DNA of 63,975 nucleotides, filler included, from Octopus bimaculoides (GCF_001194135.2; 8 parts of 6 records of this genome joined end to end with filler, not necessarily neighbours in it), one strand, 5' to 3'; positions 40,145 to 52,640 are shown, counted from the whole stretch's first letter. Notes: generated by a model from the sequence alone, not told the origin. Numbers and translations: made by a program.

Positions 40145-40296
40145 CATACATACATGCATACATGCATGCATACATACATACATACATACATACATACATG
40201 CATACATGCATACATACATACATACATACATACATTCATACATGGTCTAACTACAAGGATTATTCTTGCGTCGCACACAACTGTTTTCTCCCTCTC

Positions 40297-40330
<34 letters not shown>

Positions 40331-40548
40331 TTCATTCTTTCTATATGTATGTGTATATTGCTACGTGTGCATGCGTGCATGTGTGTTTGCGTGCGTGCCT
40401 GTGTCTGTGTATGTATGTCTGTGTGTGTATATGTTTGTGTGTATGTGTGTGTGTTTGTGTTTGTACGTGTGTGTCCGTGCGTGTGTCCATGTCCGTATGT
40501 GTGTGTGTGCGTGTCCATATCCGTGTGTGTTTGTGTGTCTGTGTCCGC

Positions 40549-40593
<45 letters not shown>

Positions 40594-41584
40594 CGTGCGT
40601 GTGTGTGTATTTGTCTTATGTACTAAAATATACTGTCGCTAAAACAGGCTGAATGTCCAGTCAGTCATGCCAAATCGTCGACGCCCAAACTGCTGCACCC
40701 AATTGTTTCATTCTGGATCCGCATTTCGTATTCCTGTCAACGAAAACTTAGAAACGACAATGACTAGGACGTGTTACCTCAAGCGCAAACCACCGAATAC
40801 ATTTAACCGTAAATACTTCAAAAGAGAGAAGGGTTAAAGTTTCCTTTCAATAACGATAAGATTAAGAATGACTTAGAAAGAGAAACAGCTTGGTGAAATG
40901 TGCGTGACATTCGCATTGCAGATGTACGTAAAGCAATGTTAAATCAATTGTGACACTTTTATTTACTAAGAACATTGACAGGGCGTGAAAGCCAGCTTGG
41001 TCGCAAAATACTAACTGTTTCTTAAGAAACGTGATACGAGTTAAAAGTGTAATAATGACACAAAACTAAGCAAAACAAAATGAAAGTTGAAAAGAAAATA
41101 TCAAATTTTCTCCAAGAAAACATTTAATTTCGTAATTATGGTGGAGTAGCCAAAACGAAGAACTTAATCCAATAATTCTACTTTTAATATTAAACGAAGA
41201 ATTTATATTAACAGTTCTATATCAAATTACATTTCTGCCATATAACGACGGAATTAAGAAATAACAATGACCTACTTTTGATGTTAGTAGTTTTGCAAGA
41301 ACAACCAAACTTATGAATAAAGACGTTGGATCTAATTTTTTCATTCGCAAAACATGCATTTTTTAAAAAGAAGTAGAAAATCTAAAAAGCGGCTATAATA
41401 ATATAGCCTTCCAGTCTCATTGCTTTGAAGGTGTGATGTTGTGGAGGAAAAAATTGGAGAAAAAAAGTTACAGACGTTTAAAAATCGAAAAATCTGTGTA
41501 TTTTTAGCGAATAGCGAGACAGAAATTTTCTGCGCTTAGCGGAGCGGTGTCGACTTTCAGGTTGTACCCTGTGAAATTTATAGT

Positions 41585-41631
41585 TTAGCGTCTGACCTGT
41601 TCATTGTAGGTTTCTAAATAAACAGAAATAC
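41585..41631 (-). CDS. Candidate terminal exon of the pacifastin-like gene
   Basis: Acceptor ttgattttattag, phase 1, gives (G)ISVYLETYNEQVRR-stop, with AATAAA on the - strand near 40960. An alternative acceptor at 40733 (ttttcgttgacag) gives (G)IRNADPE-stop at 40708. An exon hidden in the 41781-41880 gap cannot be excluded. Confidence 0.35.
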
Positions 41632-42105
41632 CTAATAAAATCAACATTTATCATCTTACAGTTTCTTTTGTCTCTTCATTGATTGTATTTTTTAATTTTT
41701 TTTAATTTGTTATATTAATATATTTGTCTGCATGTGTTTACTTTATGCGCATTTCAGTATTATGTATATATGTCATGTATNNNNNNNNNNNNNNNNNNNN
41801 NNNNNNNNNNNNNNNNNNNNNNNNTTAATTAATTAANNNNNNNNNNNNNNNNNNNNNNNNNNNNNNNNNNNNNNNNNNNNGAAAAGCAGAGGACGAAAAG
41901 GTAAGTAAAGAATTGAAAAGAAAGACGGAAAAGAAGAAGATAGAAAAAGAAGATAAAAAGGAAGAAAAAAGAGAAGAGAAGAAGGAAGAAAAAGAATGAA
42001 TGGAACACAGCAAGAAATGATTATAAAAGAAAATGATTAAAACTGGTTAGTAGATTAATAGGAATGTGAGGATCTGTTCCATGGAACTTGAGAAGAATCC
42101 TTTAC

Positions 42106-42231
42106 CTTTAGGTCCACAGAATATTTCAGTACAGATAACAAATCCTTGCTTTCCACAAGTACATGTGTTACAATCATCTTTGAAACTCTTCCCGACTGGA
42201 TAAACTTTTCCCTTGTATCTGCAGACATTCA
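42106..42231 (-). CDS. Pacifastin/VWC-like six-Cys domain, exon 2
   Basis: Acceptor aataatcag, donor G|gtaaag, symmetric phase 1-1, 126 nt. Encodes VNVCRYKGKVYPVGKSFKDDCNTCTCGKQGFVICTEIFCGPK, matching C..C-N-x-C-x-C-x3-G-x3-C-T-x3-C of pacifastin domains. Confidence 0.9.
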
Positions 42232-42973
42232 CTGATTATTGGTAATTGATCGATAAAAGAATAAAAGAGAAGAACGAGAACGAGAGAATGAAATAAATAA
42301 ATAACGAAAGAAAGAAATCAAGAAAATACAAATTGAATTAAAACGGAAATCAAGAAAGGAATTAATAAAGAACGACAAATATTGAACGACAGAGACAAGT
42401 GAGAGATAAAAGAAAGACAGAAAGAAAGAGAAAAGAAGATCTGATAAGAAGGGATTGATAGAGAGATAGACGGGAAAAAGGTTTTATATATCCGATTTTC
42501 CGGTTCACTTTATGAAATGTTGTTTCCCGCTCTTTCGCAGGAAATGAAAGTGTGTCGTTCATGGAACAAATTTTGCTAGAACAAAGGTCAGAGCTTTGTG
42601 AAGTGACTCAATATTCCAGGGGACCCGCAGATTACTACTGGATAAGAACTTTCCTCTTGTTTGGAATAAATTAGCGACTAATACCAAAGACGTCATATTA
42701 GTCAGTTTTATCACATTCTCTGTCAGGCTCAATTTCCTTCAGAACTTCGTTGAGAGCACGCGTTGTCTGTGGAGCGCTCAACCACTTTGCACGTTATTTT
42801 CACGAGTCAGCTGTTCGGTTGATCGGATCAAGTGGAATACTGGTCGTCCTAACCGACGGACTGCCAGTTACCACAGAAAACTTCAGCTCTCACACTTCCT
42901 ACTGTTACACGGAAACCATTTGTAAACACTCAAATAAGTAAAAGAGAAATCTATGATTTCATCAACTCTTTAC

Positions 42974-43025
42974 CTGCTGCAGCGAAAGCCAAGTAGAGGC
43001 AGAATACGGTGAGATATTTCAGCAT
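42974..43025 (-). CDS. Pacifastin-like peptide, exon 1 (signal peptide)
   Basis: ATG at 43025 gives MLKYLTVFCLYLAFAAA, then G|gtaaag (phase 1). Basic n-region, hydrophobic core and A-x-A end. Splices in frame to 42231. Confidence 0.85.
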
Positions 43026-43055
43026 GTCTTCGAAGTTTGCTCCCGGTTGAGACAA

Positions 43056-43090
43056 CTAGTGAGTCTTTGGAAGTGTTTTAGTCTTTTATA
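43056..43090 (-). promoter_or_regulatory. TATA box plus initiator of the pacifastin-like gene
   Basis: TATAAAA on the - strand at 43090-43084. An initiator-like TCACT has its A at 43060, 30 nt from the first T of the TATA box and 35 nt upstream of the ATG. Confidence 0.7.
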
Positions 43091-43920
43091 GCAACGTATA
43101 TTTAATCTTAATAGNNNNNNNNNNNNNNNNNNNNNNNNNNNNNNNNNNNNNNNNNNNNNNNNNNNNNNNNNNNNNNNNNNNNNNNNNNNNNNNNNNNNNN
43201 NNNNNNNNNNNNNNNNNNNNNNNNNNNNNNNNNNNNNNNNNNNNNNNNNNNNNNNNNNNNNNNNNNNNNNNNNNNNNNNNNNNNNNNNNNNNNNNNNNNN
43301 NNNNNNNNNNNNNNNNNNNNNNNNNNNNNNNNNNNNNNNNNNNNNNNNNNNNNNNNNNNNNNNNNNNNNNNNNNNNNNNNNNNNNNNNNNNNNNNNNNNN
43401 NNNNNNNNNNNNNNNNNNNNNNNNNNNNNNNNNNNNNNNNNNNNNNNNNNNNNNNNNNNNNNNNNNNNNNNNNNNNNNNNNNNNNNNNNNNNNNNNNNNN
43501 NNNNNNNNNNNNNNNNNNNNNNNNNNNNNNNNNNNNNNNNNNNNNNNNNNNNNNNNNNNNNNNNNNNNNNNNNNNNNNNNNNNNNNNNNNNNNNNNNNNN
43601 NNNNNNNNNNNNNNNNNNNNNNNNNNNNNNNNNNNNNNNNNNNNNNNNNNNNNNNNNNNNNNNNNNNNNNNNNNNNNNNNNNNNNNNNNNNNNNNNNNNN
43701 NNNNNNNNNNNNNNNNNNNNNNNNNNNNNNNNNNNGAATCGGTAAAACGCCGGACGAAATGCTCAGCGGCATTCTGAGTTCAAATCCTGCAAAAGTCGAC
43801 TTTACTTTTTATCCTTTGGGGGACAATAAAATAAGTACCAGTTATTCATGCAGGTTGATATAATCGACTTAACTCCTTCGCCGAAATTGTTGGCCTTTTG
43901 CCACAATTTGAAACCAATAT

Positions 43921-44115
43921 GAGTGGATGCTGAAAGTTCCTGGCTTTGCGTAAAAGAAAAAACAGGAGGATCAGTTAATTATGATTTTATTCAACATATT
44001 CTCCTCTCAGATTCACACACTTATTGCAGCGGTCCTTCATTTTTGCTTAAGCCCTGTAAAAGAACTCGGTTGGTTGGGCCTCCAATACAGGCCTTTCGAG
44101 ACACCTTTAAAGCCA
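43921..44115 (-). mobile_element. mariner-like 3' end fragment (same family as 23890)
   Basis: Reverse-complement similarity to 23890-24093 (gctgaaagttcctgg...ggaggatcagttaatt...ttattgcagcggtccttca). Confidence 0.7.
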
Positions 44116-45452
44116 GAAACCAAAGACTACAGTATGCTCCAGTGTCTGCTTTGGCATAGTTTCTGCTGCTGGGTGCTTTTCCTGACACCAACCACTTTAC
44201 CAATGTGTACCACCTCCACCACCACTATCATAACTACCACCAACCACCTCCACCACTACAACTAAAACTACCACCACTTCTACCACAAGAACAACCACCA
44301 CCACCACCACCACCACCACTTGTGATATGACGAGTGATGTGGTTATTTCCATGTGTTTTGAATGTCTGAAAATTGTTTAAATTCCAGAAATGTTGTTTGA
44401 ACAATTATTTCTTTGTTCTTGTCCTCTCAGACATGGTGCCAATTAGTGGTTAGAGATTTCTTGCGATAATCCAGGTTAAATCATCTATAANNNNNNNNNN
44501 NNNNNNNNNNNNNNNNNNNNNNNNNNNNNNNNNNNNNNNNNNNNNNNNNNNNNNNNNNNNNNNNNNNNNNNNNNNNNNNNNNNNNNNNNNAAGACGGAGA
44601 GCTTTTAACAATGTGGAAGTGTTGTGATACAGAAGAAAAATAACAAATAAATAAGATGGAGAGCTTTTAACAATGTGGAAGTGTTAAGTTAAGTAAGCTT
44701 TATATTTCAGGCACAACTGTCCATCATCGGAATTAAACGGCTTAAAGAAATGTAAGTTCACGTAGAAGTATCTATGTTGAGTGCTGGACGTTTGTGCCTG
44801 AAATATAAAAGATGCTTAACTGTCTGTTTCTACAATGATAGAAGCTCTCCGTTTTAATTATTTATCATGTTAATAAGGAATGATAGACCAACGACAGAAA
44901 TATAGAATGAGAGAGAGAAAAAAAAAGATCAGGGGAGTAATAGTTTTTTCTATTATAGGTACAGAGCTTGAAATTTTGGGTGGTGGTGGGGAGGGTGCGA
45001 TTAGATCACATCGACCCCAGAAAGAAGAAAGGCGAAGTTGTCCTTGATGGAACTCGAACGCAGGAGGTAAACTGGGAGAAATACTGCTGAACGTCTTATC
45101 TATCATGCTAAAGATTCTGTCGGCTTACTACTTCGAAGACAGAGATAACGGTTTCAAAGTTTGGCACAGCCATTTCGTGGGCGGAGGCAAGTGGATTACA
45201 TCGACCCCAGTGTTTAACTGGTACTTAATTAATCGACTCCGAAATGATGAAAGGCAAAGTCGACCCCAGAGGAATTTGAGCACAGAATGTAAAGACGGAC
45301 GAAATGCTGTTAAGCATTTTGACCGGCGTTCTCTAACGATTCTGCCAGTTCACCGCCTTATCAAAGACAGAAATAAGGAAAATAAGAAAGGAAAAATTAA
45401 GAGGAGGGTGTAGGAAGAAGAGGATGAGTGAAAGAAGGCAAGAAAGAAGAAA

Positions 45453-45516
<64 letters not shown>

Positions 45517-46310
45517 NNNNNNNNNNNNNNNNNNNNNNNNNNNNNNNNNNNNNNNNNNNNNNNNNNNNNNNNNNNNNNNNNNNNNNNNNNNNNNNNNNNN
45601 NNNNNNNNNNNNNNNNNNNNNNNNNNNNNNNNNNNNNNNNNNNNNNNNNNNNNNNNNNNNNNNNNNNNNNNNNNNNNNNNNNNNNNNNNNNNNNNNNNNN
45701 NNNNNNNNNNNNNNNNNNNNNNNNNNNNNNNNNNNNNNNNNNNNNNNNNNNNNNNNNNNNNNNNNNNNNNNNNNNNNNNNNNNNNNNNNNNNNNNNNNNN
45801 NNNNNNNNNNNNNNNNNNNNNNNNNNNNNNNNNNNNNNNNNNNNNNNNNNNNNNNNNNNNNNNNNNNNNNNNNNNNNNNNNNNNNNNNNNNNNNNNNNNN
45901 NNNNNNNNNNNNNNNNNNNNNNNNNNNNNNNNNNNNNNNNNNNNNNNNNNNNNNNNNNNNNNNNNNNNNNNNNNNNNNNNNNNNNNNNNNNNNNNNNNNN
46001 NNNNNNNNNNNNNNNNNNNNNNNNNNNNNNNNNNNNNNNNNNNNNNNNNNNNNNNNNNNNNNNNNNNNNNNNNNNNNNNNNNNNNNNNNNNNNNNNNNNN
46101 NNNNNNNNNNNNNNNNNNNNNNNNNNNNNNNNNNNNNNNNNNNNNNNNNNNNNNNNNNNNNNNNNNNNNNNNNNNNNNNNNNNNNNNNNNNNNNNNNNNN
46201 NNNNNNNNNNNNNNNNNNNNNNNNNNNNNNNNNNNNNNNNNNNNNNNNNNNNNNNNNNNNNNNNNNNNNNNNNNNNNNNNNNNNNNNNNNNNNNNNNNNN
46301 NNNNNNNNNN

Positions 46311-46548
46311 TCCTGTCGGCCTTGACACATTTCCTGTGTCCTTATGTTTACAAAGGGGAGACAAGCACCTCCACTTAGCTAAGCCTGCATCCAGAGACAT
46401 GCTTCGGAGTCTTTGCCCGTCATCAGTCTGGAGTAGCATGACCTGCTAGTCGAAGATGCCTGTCAAGCTCTTGTAAACATATAATTATTCTAGTGAAATA
46501 CATTCACTGATTTCAAAGGACGCAGGAAATGTGTCAAGGCCGACAGGA
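46311..46548. repeat. 33-bp inverted repeats enclosing about 170 bp
   Basis: 46311-46343 versus 46516-46548, one mismatch. The left arm abuts an assembly gap. Confidence 0.7.
46391..46431 (-). ncRNA. Minimal hammerhead-like motif
   Basis: CCAGA-CTGATGA-CGGGCAAAGACTCC-GAAG-CATG-TC-TCTGG. Perfect stem I, intact CUGAUGA, GUC site. GAAA is changed to GAAG and stem II is weak. Confidence 0.55.
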
Positions 46549-47030
46549 AGCGGTGCAGCTTCCTAGGTCTAAACAACAGTAGTATTATTCCCTTCATGGG
46601 ACTGTCACATTAAGTTGACAGCATACAACTACTTCAGCGTATCACTACTGCTTAAATCTCTCTGAGAGATTTAGAAATGTATCATTTCGAAACACAAGAG
46701 TGTTTCGCAGGTATAATACAAATACCGGTTTGGGCCCAGGCACGAATAAGACCACAAAAAAAAACTTGATTATAAAAGGGGTTCGTAAGAAGAACCACAT
46801 CGCATCGTCTGTCGCGAAGATTAACAAGGGACGGTGGGAAAATATATTGCAGTCGTCACCTAATGCTGATAAACCCAGCAATAAGCGTGCAACTTGTTTG
46901 GGAAGCGTGGAGTGGGAGCATTATATATATNNNNNNNNNNNNNNNNNNNNNNNNNNNNNNNNNNNNNNNNNNNNTTAATTAATTAANNNNNNNNNNNNNN
47001 NNNNNNNNNNNNNNNNNNNNNNNNNNNNNN

Positions 47031-47089
<59 letters not shown>

Positions 47090-47528
47090 TACATTTATAT
47101 ATGGAAATATGTACAATATGTGTACATGTCTATATATACACACACTCACACATAAATGTGTAATATATATGTGAATGTGTGTGTATATATTGATATGTAT
47201 GTATGAGTGTCAATGTATTTGTGCATCCATTCATTACTTTCATATGTTCCTGCCACTTTCTTCCACCTTTTCTACCATTTGTAACATCTTCGTGGTTTAT
47301 GGCGAATGTACCTTTATTCGTATTACCTATTCAAACCAACTCGCACACTCACACACACCTAGGTGCACGGCATATACACACCTTCCCATGCACACATACT
47401 TTATAAAACATGCTTTAAATGTATATTAATCTGCATCAGTAACATACTGAAGTTTATTGTACAATCAATCCCATCTGTACATGTATCTTGTTATATGTAT
47501 ATGTACATCTCTCTCTCTTTCAATATAC

Positions 47529-47642
<114 letters not shown>

Positions 47643-48069
47643 ATGTACAGAACACATACACAGACCTCATACATACACGCACACACACATAAATGTGTGA
47701 GCACGTGTGTGTTTGTGTGTGTTCTGTACATAGGTGTAACCATGTAAGGGTGTATATATTTGTGTGTTGTACATATGTAGATCCTGCAGGTGTGTATATG
47801 TGCACATAATACATGCATATATGAGTCCGTGTTTGTGTGTGTGTGTGTGTGCGTGCATATATAATATGATACAATATGTTTGTTTGTGTAGTATGTATAC
47901 TGTTATTTTGTTATTTTATCACACTCACACACGTGTGTGTGTGTGTGTGTGTACAAGTAGATCTTTAATTAGCTAAATTTTCCCATTGTGAATTTTCCCA
48001 TTGTTCTCTTAATTCTCTTCTCTATCATTGTAATTTATGTATTGTGGTAAAAACGCCTCTGTTTATATA

Positions 48070-48330
48070 TACACATATATATCTCCAACTCTTCTATGTC
48101 TTCTCTTTACCTGAACAACTATGTTAATATAGACCCATACATTTCTGTATCTACCCTTCAGTACTTTGTCTTCCTGTTGCTTTCTCTTTATCTTCTCATG
48201 AATTTTGAAGAATTTTACCATCGACTTCTTCAAATTTACATAAAAGTACATGTGTGTATAAATGTATTAGCTTATTTGGTGATTGTTCCATCTTCACAGA
48301 TGATTGCTGTCTCTTTGTGTTTACCTTGTC
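48070..48330 (-). mobile_element. Highly decayed LINE (RTE/L2-like) RT C-terminal fragment
   Basis: Broken frames give GTITK.ANTF, GSILT and REDIEELE, resembling ..V..F.YLG...Y.S.LLYG.E.W....D...LE. Many stops. Confidence 0.35.
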
Positions 48331-48554
48331 AGAGGCTCTTATGTTTTTTTGTCCATGACCTCTCAGATGACTTTTTAGTCCTGTTGGTGTTCTTACATGA
48401 CTTCCAACTAGTTGGAAGGAACATGGTTTCATATTCAAGCATAGGGTTGTAGCACCAATGGGTTTAAATACACACTTTTATTTCTGCTCCTTCTAATGAA
48501 CTGATAGAATCATTAGCATGCAGACCAAAATGATTAGCAGCATTTCTTCTGTTT

Positions 48555-48943
48555 TTGTTGTTGTCCTCACTCCGTCGCTTACGACGTCGAGGGTTCCAGT
48601 AGCTCCGATCAACGGAACAGCCTGCTCGTGAAATTAATGTGCAAGTGGCTGAGCACTCCACAGACACGTGTACCCTTAACGAAGTTCTCGGGGATATTCA
48701 GCGTGACACAGTGTGACAAGGCTGACCCTTTGAATTACAGGCACAACAGAAACAGGAAGTAAGAGTGAGAGAAAGTTGTGATGAAAGAGTACAGCAGGGT
48801 TCACCACCATCCCCTGCCGGAGCCTCGTGAAGCTTTAGGTGTTTTCGCTCAATAAACACTCAGAACGCCCGGTCTGGGAATCGAAACCGTGATCCTATGA
48901 CTGCGAGTCCGCTGCCCCAACCACTGGGCCATTGCGCCTCCAC
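48555..48943 (-). mobile_element. tRNA-derived SINE (family A), full length with (CAA)n tail
   Basis: Reverse complement of 3867-4136 extended to the 3' end. Partial copies at 38410-38600 and 42700-42880. Confidence 0.85.
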
Positions 48944-49722
48944 TCTTCTGNNNNNNNNNNNNNNNNNNNNNNNNNNNNNNNNNNNNNNNNNNNNNNNNNN
49001 NNNNNNNNNNNNNNNNNNNNNNNNNNNNNNNNNNNNNNNNNNNNNNNNNNNNNNNNNNNNNNNNNNNNNNNNNNNNNNNNNNNNNNNNNNNNNNNNNNNN
49101 NNNNNNNNNNNNNNNNNNNNNNNNNNNNNNNNNNNNNNNNNNNNNNNNNNNNNNNNNNNNNNNNNNNNNNNNNNNNNNNNNNNNNNNNNNNNNNNNNNNN
49201 NGGTTTTCTTTTCTTCTCCCTCTATCACCTGTTTTCCCCTATTACTTCCCGTCTATGTTTACATGTGTTCACCTTGTTTTGTATTTCCCATCAGTTGTAG
49301 TTCATTGCTCAAATACAGAGGATTCAAAACACTTCTGTTTTTTGCTTTTCTTCTTCGCCTGACATCGTAACCACCCTAAAGAAGGATTCTGTCTGAAGCA
49401 TTCATACTCCACTCCTCACTGTAACTTCACATGACTCTTTCTGTCACCGTTTCCATATAATACAAGTCTTGCCAACACAAACCATCAGCTGTCTCCTTGG
49501 TTTCAATTATATATATATTTATTTATATACTTATTTATACATACATTTATATTTACATATATAATTATATGTTTATTATTTTGTATACATGTTTACACAC
49601 ATATTTCTATTTAGGTTATACATGTTCATACTTATATACAAATATATGTGTGTGTATATCTGCCTATCTATGTATGTATATATCTATATTTATACATATT
49701 TATATTTGAGTATATGTATGTA

Positions 49723-49765
<43 letters not shown>

Positions 49766-50469
49766 GCATATATGACTCTTTCTGTGTGTGTATACATATA
49801 TATATATATGTGTGTGTGTGCATACAAATATTTTTATATAACTAACTCTCTGTGTATTCATAAATATATCTATAAATGTGTATTTACATTCATATATGTA
49901 TACACACATGTATAAATATATATGGCATAGATTAGTTGTGCGCATGCATTCACTTACATTACACATTGTGATAGAAAACATGCTTGAAAAGACACCTTTG
50001 CATCATTTGTGAAATGAAGTAATCTGCTATTAAATTATAGGCCACTGATTTTTGCCTATATTCATGTCGTTTCACAATATTTCGTTTCAAGAAATACATA
50101 ATTTATTTCTTTAGGTATTTGTTCATTTACATGTAACTTTTCTAGGGTTTTCTTTTGGTTTTTTTTTGCATTCATTTTTGTCTTCGGAATTTATTTATTT
50201 TTTGCCATTGTTTGGTTGTTGTGTATATATTTTCTCTTTTTTGTTATTTTCCTGTATACAATTTTTTTTTTTCAAAGTTTGTTTGCATTTATTTAGATAG
50301 GTGCAAATCCTGCCACCACCTCACAAATTCCCCCTTGCTACCACCTTTCCACCACAACCATTCGTCTTGTTTCATTGTTGCTTTTATGATCTTGTGATGA
50401 TCGCATTCATGGTTTCACTTTCGTTTTCTCTTTTGTCCCTCTTCCTCTACCTTTCTCTCTTTTTCTTTC

Positions 50470-50548
<79 letters not shown>

Positions 50549-51325
50549 TCGTCTTTCATCTTTCTATGTTTCTCGCTCGCTCACGCTCACTCTTCCTTTG
50601 TTTTCCCCTGTTTTTGTTTTGTTTTCCTTTGTTTCTCTAATACGCTCATTATCCTCTTATGTAGCTTACCATCTCTCTCTCTTTTTCCCTCACTCACCTC
50701 CCTCCCTCTCGCACTGACCCTTTTGCCCCCAACACTTACCCTCACCCAGTCTTGCCCTCCACCAACCTAACCTCCATCATTTTCAACATTCGTCTCTCCG
50801 TCTCTGCTTCTCTTTTTCCCTATACATTCCTCTTTCATCTTTCTTTGTCTCTGTCTCTCTTCGTCCACATCTCTCTCTTTCCCTCCCTCTGTTACTTTCT
50901 CTCTCTTTTTTCTTTTTTTTTCACCCTCTCTACTATTCTCATTCTCTCCCTGTGTAGCTTACTATCTTTCCTCCTCTTTCTGTCACTCACCACTCTCCCA
51001 CTTGCTCACGCTCATCTTTACCTCTCCCCTCACCCTCACCCAATCTCTCTCCGCCAACCTAAGTTCAGTCATGTAGCTTATTCCGGTTGACTTCTGTCAT
51101 TAAACATTCTCTTTTCTCTGCTGTTCTGTAATCAACGGCTGTTTTATATATGCTGAGAAATCATAATAACATATGTATATGGATTACCTGGATTGACTCC
51201 AATTGCCTCGCATTGCCTGCTGTTTTATCCTTTGTTTGGTCTTTATTGTTTTGTTGTGATTTATTGGTATTCTCATGCCATGTACACCCCCTCCCCCTCT
51301 ACCCGCAACCTTCCACACGCCATAC

Positions 51326-51361
51326 TTCTCCGTTCTGCTGTTCTGCCAACATTGCCGCCAT
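51326..51361 (-). CDS. Possible first coding exon of an unidentified gene (MAAMLAEQQNGE)
   Basis: AAGATGGCGGC start context (YY1-like motif common at housekeeping gene starts) in a locally CpG-rich patch, then donor GAA|gtatgg and G-rich sequence. Protein not recognised. Confidence 0.35.
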
Positions 51362-51436
51362 CTTTTTGCAAAGAACGGAACCTGTAATCCTCTGTGTATG
51401 TATTCTTATGTACGTTTCTGTGTGTATATGCTTGTG

Positions 51437-51497
<61 letters not shown>

Positions 51498-51565
51498 NNN
51501 NNNNNNNNNNNNNNNNNNNNNNNNNNNNNNNNNNNNNNNNNNNNNNNNNNNNNNNNNNNNNNNNN

Positions 51566-51618
<53 letters not shown>

Positions 51619-52274
51619 GTATGCAAACACACATGAACACATACCTACACACATATACATGCAGACATATAGAAATATTTGTACACAAATACACACACAC
51701 TCACACGTGTATAATCAGCTTTGAAAGACAAACAACGCAAATTAATAAAATATAGTTTTATTAATTTTTTTTTCTCTCTTAAATTTTTGATCTCAAAAGC
51801 TTCTTTCTCCAAAATGAAGTTAGCAGTGCAATATAAGCAAAGAGATACAAACATATAATGAAATGGACATCCTGTCTGCTTTACACACACACACACACAC
51901 ATATATACACACACACACAAACATCCACACTTGTATATATATATATTCCATATTTATGAATACATATAAGTATATATGTTTACACTATTGTTACATTGGG
52001 CCATCTTTCCATTACTTCAAATTTCTTGTCAGAAAGACCATCATTACAGTATTAGAAGGTATATCATTATCTCATTGGATGAGAAGTTTAATATTTAAAA
52101 ACAGATTGGCAGAATTAACAATAATATATTTACTTGAGCAGACATACAATGTACTCTTTACCTTTTCCATGCTACAATTCACAAATGAAATGTGTGTATG
52201 TATGTGTGTGTATATGGGTGTGTGTGTGTGTGAGCATGTGTGCATGCATATATGCCCTCTTGGTGTATGACTAT

Positions 52275-52640
52275 TGCTTCAAACATAGCAAGGAATTTCC
52301 TTCCACTGATAATCAAACACTTTCCCATAACACACCAAGTTACTATAAGATCTACAAAAACAACATAGATGTTGGTTTCAGCTGTTGAGAAAATCTAAAC
52401 GCCTAAATCTTACTGCCATATACTTTAGAAATTATGCACCTATCTCAACAGCCTGAAAGCAAAAAGCGGAAATACATCAACCTGACAATTTAATGGAAAA
52501 TGCTGTTGAAGGCACATGTATATAAAATTACAGTATTAGTTGCAGATGGTGTTGAAATCACTTTTGTAGACCTTACAGAGAATACCTTTAAAATTAGAGA
52601 TACACAATAGTTGCATTCCTTCTGGATAGAAGTCATGAAA
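52275..52640 (+). mobile_element. Second Penelope-like remnant (RT thumb to GIY-YIG)
   Basis: NIARNFLPLIIKHFP, YKIYKNNIDVGFSC and VYKITVLV..FVDLTENTFKIR match PLE motifs (IGK.FL.LIDKHFP; KIFN.N..K.SYSC; VY.A.V...Y.GLTE..FK.R). Stops and frameshifts present. Confidence 0.65.

Noticed and set aside
44591-44690. Duplicated 30-mer ggagagcttttaacaatgtggaagtgtt
   Set aside because: Two copies only, next to a gap; a local duplication or read artefact, not a CRISPR-like array.
46652-46710. Adjacent hairpins resembling hammerhead stems II and III (GAAATG-TAT-CATTTC-GAAA-CAC-AAGA-GTG-T)
   Set aside because: The CUGANGA core and stem I are missing.
50300-51100. 700-bp polypyrimidine tract with internal near-repeats
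   Set aside because: Ordinary CT-rich low-complexity sequence; the Leu/Ser/Phe-rich ORFs over it are compositional artefacts.
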